A stretch of DNA of 32,000 nucleotides, from positions 690,001-722,000 of the forward strand of contig NZ_CP007536.1 of the NCBI RefSeq assembly GCF_000698785.1, given 5' to 3'. Source of the DNA: Nitrososphaera viennensis EN76. Its GTDB lineage: Archaea; Thermoproteota; Nitrososphaeria; Nitrososphaerales; Nitrososphaeraceae. This document shows positions 25,501-32,000 of the stretch, piece after piece. Both the position numbers and the translations under genes were made by a program. Numbering within the stretch: the stretch's first letter is position 1; every line of letters starts with the position of its first letter. Below the pieces are notes generated by a model. It was given only the letters and a program-made list of their open reading frames with translations. It was not told the DNA's origin and did no database searches.

Positions 25501-25662
25501 GGCATGCTGCAGGACGAGTACCTGATACGCAGAAAGGCGGTAGAGATGGGAGTCCCGGTGCTCACCACAGTCGAGTCGGCAAGCTCATTTATCAAGACGC
25601 TAGAGTGGCTGCGCGCAAATACGCCGACGCTTGGGCCCCTTGGCAATTACGCTAAACTCTGA
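22594..25662 (+). CDS. carB: Carbamoyl-phosphate synthase large subunit, longest uninterrupted ORF (1022 codons); lacks ~60 N-terminal residues that are encoded upstream but interrupted
   Basis: Two ATP-grasp halves (…IIRVAYTLGGRGGGVAY… and …VLVRPSYVLSGVAMKVV…), an oligomerisation domain, and a C-terminal MGS-like allosteric domain. GTG 22594 is merely the first canonical start after the in-frame TAA at 22453. Confidence 0.93.
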   Translation: MYPVPINTQYVEQVIKEEKPDSIMLGFGGQTALNCGVALHEQGILEKYGMRVLGTQIKGIEITEDRQLFKDAMVKSDVPVLKSYAVNSIQDALKAAKELEYPVIIRVAYTLGGRGGGVAYNELELQEIAQRGLNLSMVHQVLIEKYVGHWKQVEYEVMRDYHGNSVIVCNMENVLAMRVHTGDNIVIAPSQTLNNYEYHMLRSAAIRATGYCGIVGECNIQFALDPTSEQYTAIEINARLSRSSALASKATGYPLAYMAAKIGLGYSLPELLNRITKVTTACFEPSLDYCVLKMPRWDFSKFELVKRKLGSAMKSVGEVMAIGRNFEEVLQKAIRMSATGKDGLVANGNDAQKEEDIERIEQSLLQPSDEIIYNVVRAMKAGMSIERIYQLSAIDPWFLTKIKNIVDMEEKLKKAGSFDGDMVRDAKKIGFSDKQIGRCLGTDEMQVRAMREKFGIKPAVKQIDTLAAEWPAKTNYLYLTYGGNEDDVIIKKDTKNNSRMVVLGAGPYRIGSSVEFDWGTVNMVWGLKENGVKEISVINCNPETVSTDYDICDRLYFEELTLERVLDICDKEHPTGIVTCVGGQTANNLTPKLAKNGIKIIGTSSEDVDRAEDRAKFGQLLDTLGIKQPAWRQFTHLAEAKEFAETVGYPVLVRPSYVLSGVAMKVVWAEQQLQRFLTDATNVNPEHPVVISKFLQDAAEVEVDAVSDGKDVLIGAIIEHIDNAGVHSGDAMMSIPPWRLDRHIMETITDYSVKIGRALNVKGPLNIQYLVKDEQVLVIEANVRASRSMPFVSKFAGVNIINLAAKAMLGKPLPAKAKDLWLKAPGFGVKVPQFSFMQLEGSDIVLGVEMQSTGEVACFGNTFYDALSKAYMAAGYSLPLAGSVLITIGGQKNKEKLLPLISMLASMNYKILATEHTAEFMENNNVKDVELVHKISEPGRKPNIADMLYERKLDFIINIPATSTLEKYVGMLQDEYLIRRKAVEMGVPVLTTVESASSFIKTLEWLRANTPTLGPLGNYAKL

Positions 25663-25707
25663 GTTTCAGGGTTCTTGTTTCTTTTCTTGCATTGAAGTGT
25701 TTTTTTA
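25663..25707 (+). terminator. T-rich termination region after carB
   Basis: GTTTCAGGGTTCTTGTTTCTTTTCTTGCATTGAAGTGTTTTTTTA includes a T7 run at 25700-25706. Confidence 0.45.
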
Positions 25708-26000
25708 GGGGTAGATCATCCAGTTTGTTTTTCTCCGCCATTTCAGCATCATGAAACCTAACCTGGCGGGTTTATTGTCCAATATCTCTTGCGGTTTCGG
25801 TGGTTAGAAGGGTGTCGTTGCGTATATCCGGTCGCATCTGATTTTCTTTGTATTCAATAAAACAATACTTTGATTGTATATAAATTACACATAATTTCCG
25901 CCACTAACATTATACTTTTCTCTTAATCGCGAGGTAAATTTTAAAAATGTTAAATATTTGGCCCACGATTTTTCCTCACAGGAAATCTTGAAGCACAAAC

Positions 26001-27038
26001 ATGCCACTTGAAGCAGGCAGGACGCTCAAAATCATTGCCAACTGGTCATTTAGCAGAGCGCAGAGGCGAAAGCTTCCCCTGGCGGCCGTTTTTTCCATGA
26101 CGCACTACTGCAACTTTATGTGCCCCATGTGCCCTTTTGGCGACCCGGACAAGGCCAGGCAGCTAAAGCTTGCGGCAGAGCACAACATGAGCACTGAACA
26201 GTGGAAGGGAGCAATGACCAAAGCCGCAAGGTATTGCATATGGTCGTTCATGGAAGGCGGCGAGCCGACTTCGCGGCAGGACTTCATCGAGCTCGTCCAG
26301 CACCTGAGAAACATCCACCTGCCGGTCACGGTGGTAACAAACGGCTCGCTCCTTCATAATTTCGATGTCGATGTCCTCCGGCAGAACGTTGATAAATTCT
26401 GCCTGAGCATCGACTCTACCTTCAAGGATTCTTACTGCAGAATAAGAGGAGTGCCGCCAGAAGTCCACGACAGGGTGATGAGCAATTTGCAGATGCTTGA
26501 CGAGCACAACATCAACAGGTATGTAAATGCAGTCATTACAAAATGGAATGCAGACGAGTTCATAACTGGCGAGTATTTTGATCGCATCCACAAGGAATTC
26601 GGGATCGGCCTTGTGACGCCGACGCTGGTTGAAGACAGAGTGGGCGTCGCACACGAGACTTTGTCGCCAGACACGGAAACTATTCGCAAGGTCGCGCAGG
26701 GAATCCTGAGGTACAGGAGTACGCACGAAGCGCCGCGCATAGGAGTTCCTGCGCTGTACTGGAAACAAATAGTAGATTTTGGGAGACCCATGTTCAAGGA
26801 GTGCGGTGTATGGAAGGGCCTCACGGTGCTGGCTGACGGCTCTGTACGCGTCCCATGCTGGAAACTGGCGGTTCCAACTCAATCGTACAACATCCTTGAG
26901 CATGACATAGAGGAGATATGGAACATGCCAGAGTGGGAGAATCTGAAGGGGTGCCATGAATGCGAGCACCTTACGTGCATATGGCTGTCCTCCCAGAACA
27001 TTGCGACTGGCCTGCAATGCATCCGGAACATCAGCTGA
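26001..27038 (+). CDS. Radical SAM enzyme with Cys-rich SPASM/twitch-like C-terminal domain, substrate unknown
   Basis: CxxxCxxC cluster motif in THYCNFMCPMCPF, GGEP motif (MEGGEPTSRQD), VTNGSLL. The C-terminal ECGVWKG...LADGSVRVPC...GCHECEHLTC...LQC resembles auxiliary Fe-S cluster domains. Confidence 0.85.
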   Translation: MPLEAGRTLKIIANWSFSRAQRRKLPLAAVFSMTHYCNFMCPMCPFGDPDKARQLKLAAEHNMSTEQWKGAMTKAARYCIWSFMEGGEPTSRQDFIELVQHLRNIHLPVTVVTNGSLLHNFDVDVLRQNVDKFCLSIDSTFKDSYCRIRGVPPEVHDRVMSNLQMLDEHNINRYVNAVITKWNADEFITGEYFDRIHKEFGIGLVTPTLVEDRVGVAHETLSPDTETIRKVAQGILRYRSTHEAPRIGVPALYWKQIVDFGRPMFKECGVWKGLTVLADGSVRVPCWKLAVPTQSYNILEHDIEEIWNMPEWENLKGCHECEHLTCIWLSSQNIATGLQCIRNIS

Positions 27039-27054
27039 CAATGTGCGTACCTAT

Positions 27055-27819
27055 CTAGAGCACGCTTTCAAGCACGGACTCGTCGCCCACGATAGAGCCG
27101 TCCAGCGTTATCACCATGCACCGCTCGACTGCTTTGGCGTCCATTATGCGCGACGTTATTGGCGAAGTGGACTTGCGGTAGTATCCTCGTTCGCCCGAAG
27201 AGTACAGGTACCTGTTGAAACTTGGAACGACAACGATGTCGATGGCGCCCTGCTCTGAGGAAAAGAGCGTCTCTTTTTTTGCCTGGATTGATATCCATAC
27301 CCGCTCGCCGTTTACCACGCTCCCCTTTTTGAGAAAGACTGGGTGGACGTGGCCCATGACAATCCTGCGCACGTGCGAGCGCGTACCGGAGGGCATGCTG
27401 TGGCCGTGCACGAAAAGCGTGTCGCCAATTACCATGCCCTTGCTTGCCGCAACGTTGACGCTGTCAGGGACGAGGTGCCTGATGTTTCCGTCGTGGTTTC
27501 CCGGCACGAGGTAAACGTCTGCCGCAGACGACAGGCTCTTGAAAAAGGCAGGCACGTCGTCCCATTCCTGCTTGCTGATTGCGCCCACGGTGTTTTTTAT
27601 GTCGCCAAGGAGTATCAGGCCGTCAGCCTTTTCCTTTGACAGGAGCGACAACAATTCGTCCTGCATCTCGCGCATCAGGCTTGACTGCACCGTTATGCCC
27701 TTTGCGCCAAGCTCCGCCTCCAGCCCTATGTGCAGGTCTGATACCACCACATAGCGCTTGTCTTTGTCATCATCCTCTACAAGGAGCGCTGCATGCGGGT
27801 GGAGCGGGCGAACCTTCAC
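27055..27819 (-). CDS. Calcineurin-like metallophosphoesterase (archaeal COG1407/ICC-like)
   Basis: Ordered phosphoesterase motifs VVSDLHIG (DxH), LLGDIKN (GD), VPGNHD (GNHD), VHGH and MGHVHP. GTG start. Confidence 0.85.
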   Translation of the reverse strand: MKVRPLHPHAALLVEDDDKDKRYVVVSDLHIGLEAELGAKGITVQSSLMREMQDELLSLLSKEKADGLILLGDIKNTVGAISKQEWDDVPAFFKSLSSAADVYLVPGNHDGNIRHLVPDSVNVAASKGMVIGDTLFVHGHSMPSGTRSHVRRIVMGHVHPVFLKKGSVVNGERVWISIQAKKETLFSSEQGAIDIVVVPSFNRYLYSSGERGYYRKSTSPITSRIMDAKAVERCMVITLDGSIVGDESVLESVL

Positions 27820-27871
27820 GTCAGTGTTTTATATCTCGACTCGCACATAAACCACACTAGAGAGAAAGGGC

Positions 27872-28180
27872 ATGTCGAGGATCGACACCGCGGTGGAATC
27901 AGGGAGCGTCAAGCTGCTCAGGTTTGCGCCAAGCGGCCGCAGGCTGTGGATCGTGGTGGGCAGGGACAGCGAGTACTGGACCGACCCCGAGCTTGGCTTT
28001 TGCTCCTGCAAGGACTTTTACTTTTCCTCGCTCACAAAGGGCGAGCCGTGCTACCACCTGAAAAGCGTGCACAAGGCAATGCTGGACGACAAGTTTGTGG
28101 CGTTTGAATTTTCAGACGACGAATACACCGCTTTTCTGCAGGCGCTTGCACAAGACAGCGCCAGCCAGCTCTTGCGCTAA
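27872..28180 (+). CDS. Small SWIM zinc-finger protein
   Basis: FCSCKDFYFSSLTKGEPCYHLKSVH fits the SWIM C-x-C-x(n)-C-x-H signature. Divergent from the phosphoesterase gene, with a 52-nt spacer. Confidence 0.75.
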   Translation: MSRIDTAVESGSVKLLRFAPSGRRLWIVVGRDSEYWTDPELGFCSCKDFYFSSLTKGEPCYHLKSVHKAMLDDKFVAFEFSDDEYTAFLQALAQDSASQLLR

Positions 28181-28214
28181 TCATTTATTACATCCAATCT
28201 CAGTTACCCGTGCT

Positions 28215-29516
28215 GTGCCTGCTGCAGCAACTGCAACGACAACCGTCATAGTGATAGGTTCCGGCGGGAGGGAGCACGCGCTCGGGTGGAAGCTTGCCCA
28301 GAGCCCCCGGGTGAAAAAGGTGTATTTTGCGCCTGGAAACGGCGGTACGTCTGAAAATATAGACATCAAGCAGAACGAGATTGACAAGCTGGTGGCGTTT
28401 GCAAAAAAGCAGGGCAGGGACCATTGCCTGACAGTCGTAGGTCCTGAAGAGTCGCTTTCGCTTGGCATCGCAGACGCCTTTGCAAATGAGGGCCTGCGCC
28501 TTTTTGGCCCCAAAAAGCAGGCCGCAATGCTTGAGACAAGCAAGGTGTTTGCCAAAGAGTTCATGCAAAAGGCAGGCATCCCCACTGCGGCTTTTGCGAC
28601 GTTTTCCGACGCGCAAAAGGCCAAGGACTACATCTCTAAACAAAACAGGCCGCTCGTGGTCAAGGCAGACGGCCTTGCGGCAGGCAAGGGCGTCATTGTA
28701 TGCGATAGCGCCCAGCAGGCGATGGAGGCAGTAGACAAGATAATGGTCGCAAAAGAGTTTGGAGCGGCAGCCGGCGGCAAGGTAGTAATCGAGGAGAGGC
28801 TGTCGGGCGAAGAAGCATCGTTCATCGCGCTGTGCGACGGCAAGACAATCATGCCGCTTGCGTCAAGCCAGGACCACAAGCGGGTCTTTGACGGCGACAA
28901 GGGCCCAAACACTGGAGGCATGGGCGCGTACTCGCCTGCGCCGGTGGTCGACAGCGCATTGCATGAAAAGATAGTCAAGCGCGTGATGGAGCCTGCGCTA
29001 AAAGAGATGAATGTAAGGGGCACGCCCTTTACCGGCTTTCTGTACGCAGGCATCATGGTCGACGAAAAGACGGGCGAGCCGTACGTGCTTGAATTCAACA
29101 CGAGAATGGGCGACCCCGAGTGCCAGCCCATAATGATGCGCATGAAGTCAGACCTCTACGAGTACATCGACGCCGCTGTGGATGGCAGGCTCGCCTCGAT
29201 GCCTGCGATAGAGTGGCACGACAAGACGGCCGTGTGCGTCATCATGGCTTCTCGCGGATATCCGGGCAGCTACAAGAAAGGAGAAGTCATAGAGGGCCTT
29301 GGCGACTTTGGACCGGACACGATGGTTTTCCACGCGGGAACTGCAAGGGACGCGCAGGGCAGGACAGTGACAAACGGCGGCAGGGTCCTCGGCGTCACGG
29401 CGGCAGGCAAGGACGCAAGGCACGCGATAGAAAACGCATACTCGGCAGTCAGGAAGATACGCTGGGGCGAAAACGGCCACTATTACAGGACCGACATTGC
29501 AAGGCGGGCACTTTAA
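28215..29516 (+). CDS. purD: Phosphoribosylamine-glycine ligase (GAR synthetase)
   Basis: VIVIGSGGREHALGWKL, ADGLAAGKGV and EFNTRMGDPE motifs. GTG 28215 was chosen because a TATA-like TCATTTATTAC lies ~27 nt upstream, just after the SWIM stop. The ORF-track start at 28095 overlaps the SWIM gene and encodes non-homologous sequence. Confidence 0.92.
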   Translation: MPAAATATTTVIVIGSGGREHALGWKLAQSPRVKKVYFAPGNGGTSENIDIKQNEIDKLVAFAKKQGRDHCLTVVGPEESLSLGIADAFANEGLRLFGPKKQAAMLETSKVFAKEFMQKAGIPTAAFATFSDAQKAKDYISKQNRPLVVKADGLAAGKGVIVCDSAQQAMEAVDKIMVAKEFGAAAGGKVVIEERLSGEEASFIALCDGKTIMPLASSQDHKRVFDGDKGPNTGGMGAYSPAPVVDSALHEKIVKRVMEPALKEMNVRGTPFTGFLYAGIMVDEKTGEPYVLEFNTRMGDPECQPIMMRMKSDLYEYIDAAVDGRLASMPAIEWHDKTAVCVIMASRGYPGSYKKGEVIEGLGDFGPDTMVFHAGTARDAQGRTVTNGGRVLGVTAAGKDARHAIENAYSAVRKIRWGENGHYYRTDIARRAL

Positions 29517-30175
29517 AAGTACAGCAACCCGTTTTCGGTGGCAAGAGCGCCCAGCTTTCTGTCAAACCTACCGCGTGGAAGTTCATCCACTATCTGTATA
29601 GAGTAGGCAAGGCCCATGGAAAACGACGCCCCGCCCTCCGAGATGAAACGGTCGTAATAGCCCTTGCCGTAGCCTATCCTGCACCCCTTGCGGTCAAACG
29701 CCACGCCGGGGACAAGCAGCAGGTCTACGCGTTCAACAAGCCTCTTCTTTGGCGCCGGCTCCATTATGCCGAACTTGCCCGGGACAAGCTTGTCGGCCGG
29801 CTCGTACTCGTACAAGCGCATGTCGTTGCCCTCGGTCCTTGGAAGCGCCACCTTCTTGCCCTGCTCCTTTGCGATGCCTATCAGGAGGGCGGTGCGGACT
29901 TCGGAGCCCTTGGGATAGTATGCGCCCACCACCTGCGCCTTTTCAAACTCCTTGCTCTGGACGGCGCTTTCCTGTACCAGCACGCTCTGCTGCTCTATAT
30001 CCAGGGGTGCAAGGGCGTCGCGCCTTGCAAGGGCCGCGCGGCGGATCCTTTGCTTTTCCTTGCGCGTGTCGTTCAGCCAGATGCCCCTCGCAAGACCGAT
30101 GCCGCAGAGACGGTGTTTTTCATGAGCATCGCTATCGTCATAGGGCCCACGCCCCCGGGGACGGGCGTTATCCAC
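29513..30175 (-). CDS. 5-formyltetrahydrofolate cyclo-ligase (MTHFS family)
   Basis: VPGVAFDRKGCRIGYGKGYYDRF is the family signature. The only canonical start, GTG 30175, overlaps folD by 103 nt. Family-like sequence begins at the CTG codon at 30076-30074 (see findings). Confidence 0.82.
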   Translation of the reverse strand: MDNARPRGRGPYDDSDAHEKHRLCGIGLARGIWLNDTRKEKQRIRRAALARRDALAPLDIEQQSVLVQESAVQSKEFEKAQVVGAYYPKGSEVRTALLIGIAKEQGKKVALPRTEGNDMRLYEYEPADKLVPGKFGIMEPAPKKRLVERVDLLLVPGVAFDRKGCRIGYGKGYYDRFISEGGASFSMGLAYSIQIVDELPRGRFDRKLGALATENGLLYF

Positions 30176-30933
30176 GACGCCTTTTGCTTTACCGCTTCAA
30201 AGTCGGCGTCGCCGGCGAGCTTGCCGCTTATCCTGCTCGTCGCAACGTCAATGACGACTGCGCCTTCCTTGACCATGTCTGCGGTAAGGGTAAAGCGCTC
30301 CCGGTTTCCGACCGCGGTTATGATGATGTCGGCCTGCCTCAGGCGCGCGGCAAGTTCCTTGGTCCTTGAATGGCAGACGGTCACGGTGGCGTTGCGTTCA
30401 AGGAGCATGAACACGAGCGGCTTGCCCACCAGGTTGCTCCTGTTGATTATCACGGCGTCCTTGCCCTCAAGTGTTATCTTGTAATAGTCGAAAAGCTCCA
30501 TCACGCCGGAAGGCGTGCATGGCTTTAGCAACGCCATGCCATTCTGGAGCATGCCGGCGCTGTACGGGGTCAGACCGTCGACGTCCTTTAGCGGGCTGAT
30601 TGTGTTTATTATCGCAAACTCGTCAATGTGTTTTGGCAGGGGCAGCTGCACCAGTATGCCGTGCACCTCCGGGTCGTTGTTCAAGAGCTGCACAAGCTCC
30701 AGGAGCTCGTGCTGCTTGAAGGTTGCGGCAAGGCGATGGTCCCGGGTGGCGATGCCAAGCTCCTTTGCGGTCTTTTGCTTGCTGTTGACGTACGTAGCAG
30801 ATGCAGGGTCGTCGCCTACGAGCACTGTTGCAAGGCACGGGGTGATCCCAGAAGCCTTTAGATCCTCGACTGCCTTTTTCACTCGTTCTTTGACGTCCTG
30901 AGCGACAGCAAGCCCGCTTATTATCTGCGCCAC
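30073..30933 (-). CDS. folD: Bifunctional methylenetetrahydrofolate dehydrogenase / methenyl-THF cyclohydrolase
   Basis: From GTG 30933 the product reads MAQIISGLAVAQDVKERVKKAVEDLKASGITPCLATVLVGDDPASATYV... with the GGVGPMTIAML C-terminal motif. The ORF-track start at 31038 adds a non-homologous Cys/Leu-rich extension. Confidence 0.92.
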   Translation of the reverse strand: MAQIISGLAVAQDVKERVKKAVEDLKASGITPCLATVLVGDDPASATYVNSKQKTAKELGIATRDHRLAATFKQHELLELVQLLNNDPEVHGILVQLPLPKHIDEFAIINTISPLKDVDGLTPYSAGMLQNGMALLKPCTPSGVMELFDYYKITLEGKDAVIINRSNLVGKPLVFMLLERNATVTVCHSRTKELAARLRQADIIITAVGNRERFTLTADMVKEGAVVIDVATSRISGKLAGDADFEAVKQKASWITPVPGGVGPMTIAMLMKNTVSAASVLRGASG

Positions 30934-31040
30934 CAAGCAGAGACAGAGAAAAGGCCGGGCGCTATTTTGCTTTTCCGATTCTTTGCAAGAAAAATGACAA
31001 ACTAAATTAATAAGATTTGCCAAGTTAAAGAGAGTCAATA

Positions 31041-31502
31041 ATGAACGGCCAATTTTTCCAGAGGCGCTGGCTGGATTTCAGGAACGGCCACAGCACCTAC
31101 CTCATCTTTGCCATGGCGTTTTTCCAGTTCGTAGTCATCACCTACACCCTTGCGATAGAGCGTTTTGACGTACTAAAGACAGTGTTCCCAAGCATGGGAA
31201 CATGGGCGGTTGTATTTGTCATAGTGTACATACCGACTGCAGTTGCCATAGGCTATTGGCATCGAAAGAAGCAGTATGCGGTGGAAAACGAGGCGCTCCT
31301 CAAGGAGAACTGGGTATGGGCATGGATATCCATGTACCAGATCCGCCTTATAGAAGGCAAGGCGACGCCGGAAGAGACGCGTCAGGTCAAGGAATTCCTC
31401 GAAGCCATACTAAAGAGACAAAAGAAAGACACGCTCATGACCCACTATCTCGAGGACATCCTAAAGCGCCAGGCTCCCCCTCCTCCTTCTTCTTCCCCCT
31501 AG
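31041..31502 (+). CDS. Hypothetical membrane protein (2 predicted TM helices, Pro/Ser C-terminus)
   Basis: Hydrophobic segments STYLIFAMAFFQFVVITYTLAI and WAVVFVIVYIPTAVAIGYW. A TATA-like AAATTAATAAG lies ~30 nt upstream of the ATG. I recognise no family. Confidence 0.55.
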   Translation: MNGQFFQRRWLDFRNGHSTYLIFAMAFFQFVVITYTLAIERFDVLKTVFPSMGTWAVVFVIVYIPTAVAIGYWHRKKQYAVENEALLKENWVWAWISMYQIRLIEGKATPEETRQVKEFLEAILKRQKKDTLMTHYLEDILKRQAPPPPSSSP

Positions 31503-31504
31503 CG

Positions 31505-32000
31505 CTAGACGCCAAGCTTTCTCTTTATACGCGCAAACTGATAGTCGCGTATGTACTGCCTTATCTCGCGGTCGTGCATGCTGTCGTAGCCGGTGTCCTT
31601 TGGCTTGTACGACAAATAGTAGTAGAGCATGTATATCGCGCCAAGCCGGCCCGTCGGTTTTCCGCTTGCGAAGTACAGGAAGAACCTGCCCAGCGCAAAG
31701 AGCGGGTGGTATCCAAGCGTCCGCATGCTTGCGCCAAACTCGTAAAAGTGGTGGTTCTTGCCGAGTGGGCGTGTGTGCTCAAACCTAACGTCATTGAATA
31801 CCTTGAAAGCATAGCCGTGTCGCGTCGCAGAGTAGAGAACAAGCGACTCGTAGCCCATCTTTTCAGGGTACAGGCCGTGGTGCCTGTCGAAAAACTCTGT
31901 CCTGACAAACCTGCCGCCGCCATGCGGGGCGATAGCGTCTTTGTCTTCATAGTTGCCCGACGCGATTGCTATCTTTTTATCCGCGTCCATGTGGCGCATC
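31505..32000 (-). CDS. C-terminal part of a probable family-2 glycosyltransferase; 5' end probably outside the window
   Basis: ...EKMGYESLVLYSATRHGYAFKVFNDVRFEHTRPLG... resembles the (G)-x-E-D/S...R...G...H-x-R region of GT2 enzymes. The nucleotide-binding N-terminal half is missing, so the ATG at 31999 is probably internal. Confidence 0.5.
   Translation of the reverse strand, partial: MRHMDADKKIAIASGNYEDKDAIAPHGGGRFVRTEFFDRHHGLYPEKMGYESLVLYSATRHGYAFKVFNDVRFEHTRPLGKNHHFYEFGASMRTLGYHPLFALGRFFLYFASGKPTGRLGAIYMLYYYLSYKPKDTGYDSMHDREIRQYIRDYQFARIKRKLGV

Noticed and set aside
25751-25807. An 18-codon ORF (MKPNLAGLLSNISCGFGG) ~195 nt upstream of the radical SAM/SPASM gene, as a possible RiPP precursor.
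   Set aside because: It has no TATA element ~25-30 nt upstream and no SD-like element. It is very short and has no recognisable leader/core organisation. Without conservation data it cannot be distinguished from a chance ORF.
1-32000. A scan for tRNA (T-arm GGTTCGAATC-like), rRNA, CRISPR repeats, IS or transposase and integrase genes, and toxin-antitoxin or defence-system signatures.
   Set aside because: Nothing convincing was found by eye. The non-coding gaps are short (mostly under 340 nt), AT-rich and promoter-like. A covariance-model scan (tRNAscan-SE, Infernal) would be needed to exclude small ncRNAs.

Overview
This is an archaeal chromosomal window. Gene content (eS25, RpoK, PAC2 chaperone, ATP-dependent ligase), TATA boxes about 25-30 nt upstream of start codons, and base composition suggest an ammonia-oxidising thaumarchaeon of the Nitrososphaera type; that is inference, not a database hit. 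About 33 protein-coding genes are supported, mostly housekeeping: the 3' part of a CopA-type ATPase, PAC2, DNA ligase, eS25, RpoK/Rpo6, a class I flavoprotein disulfide reductase, an ilvB-ilvN-leuA-leuB operon, carA-carB, purD, 5-formyl-THF cyclo-ligase and folD. Between them lie more AT-rich patches with lineage-specific genes: a secreted discoidin-domain protein, two wHTH/HTH regulators, a His-tailed membrane peptide, a MEDS protein, a radical SAM/SPASM enzyme, and a metallophosphoesterase paired with a SWIM protein. I recognised no rRNA, tRNA, CRISPR array, transposase or integrase. Four observations stand out. (1) The 128-nt leader of the branched-chain amino-acid operon holds an apparently leaderless 22-codon uORF ending I-L-V-L-L-L-L-A, with two overlapping alternative hairpins; this is a candidate archaeal leader-peptide attenuator. 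(2) carB is interrupted by a 33-nt in-frame, hairpin-forming insertion carrying TAA inside the invariant E-FDYSG motif, and its conserved N-terminus has no in-frame canonical start codon. (3) A promoter-plus-signal-peptide gene is split by a single in-frame TAA. (4) An orphan radical SAM/SPASM gene sits in an AT-rich islet. All calls rest on reading the translations and sequence by eye; no searches were run.
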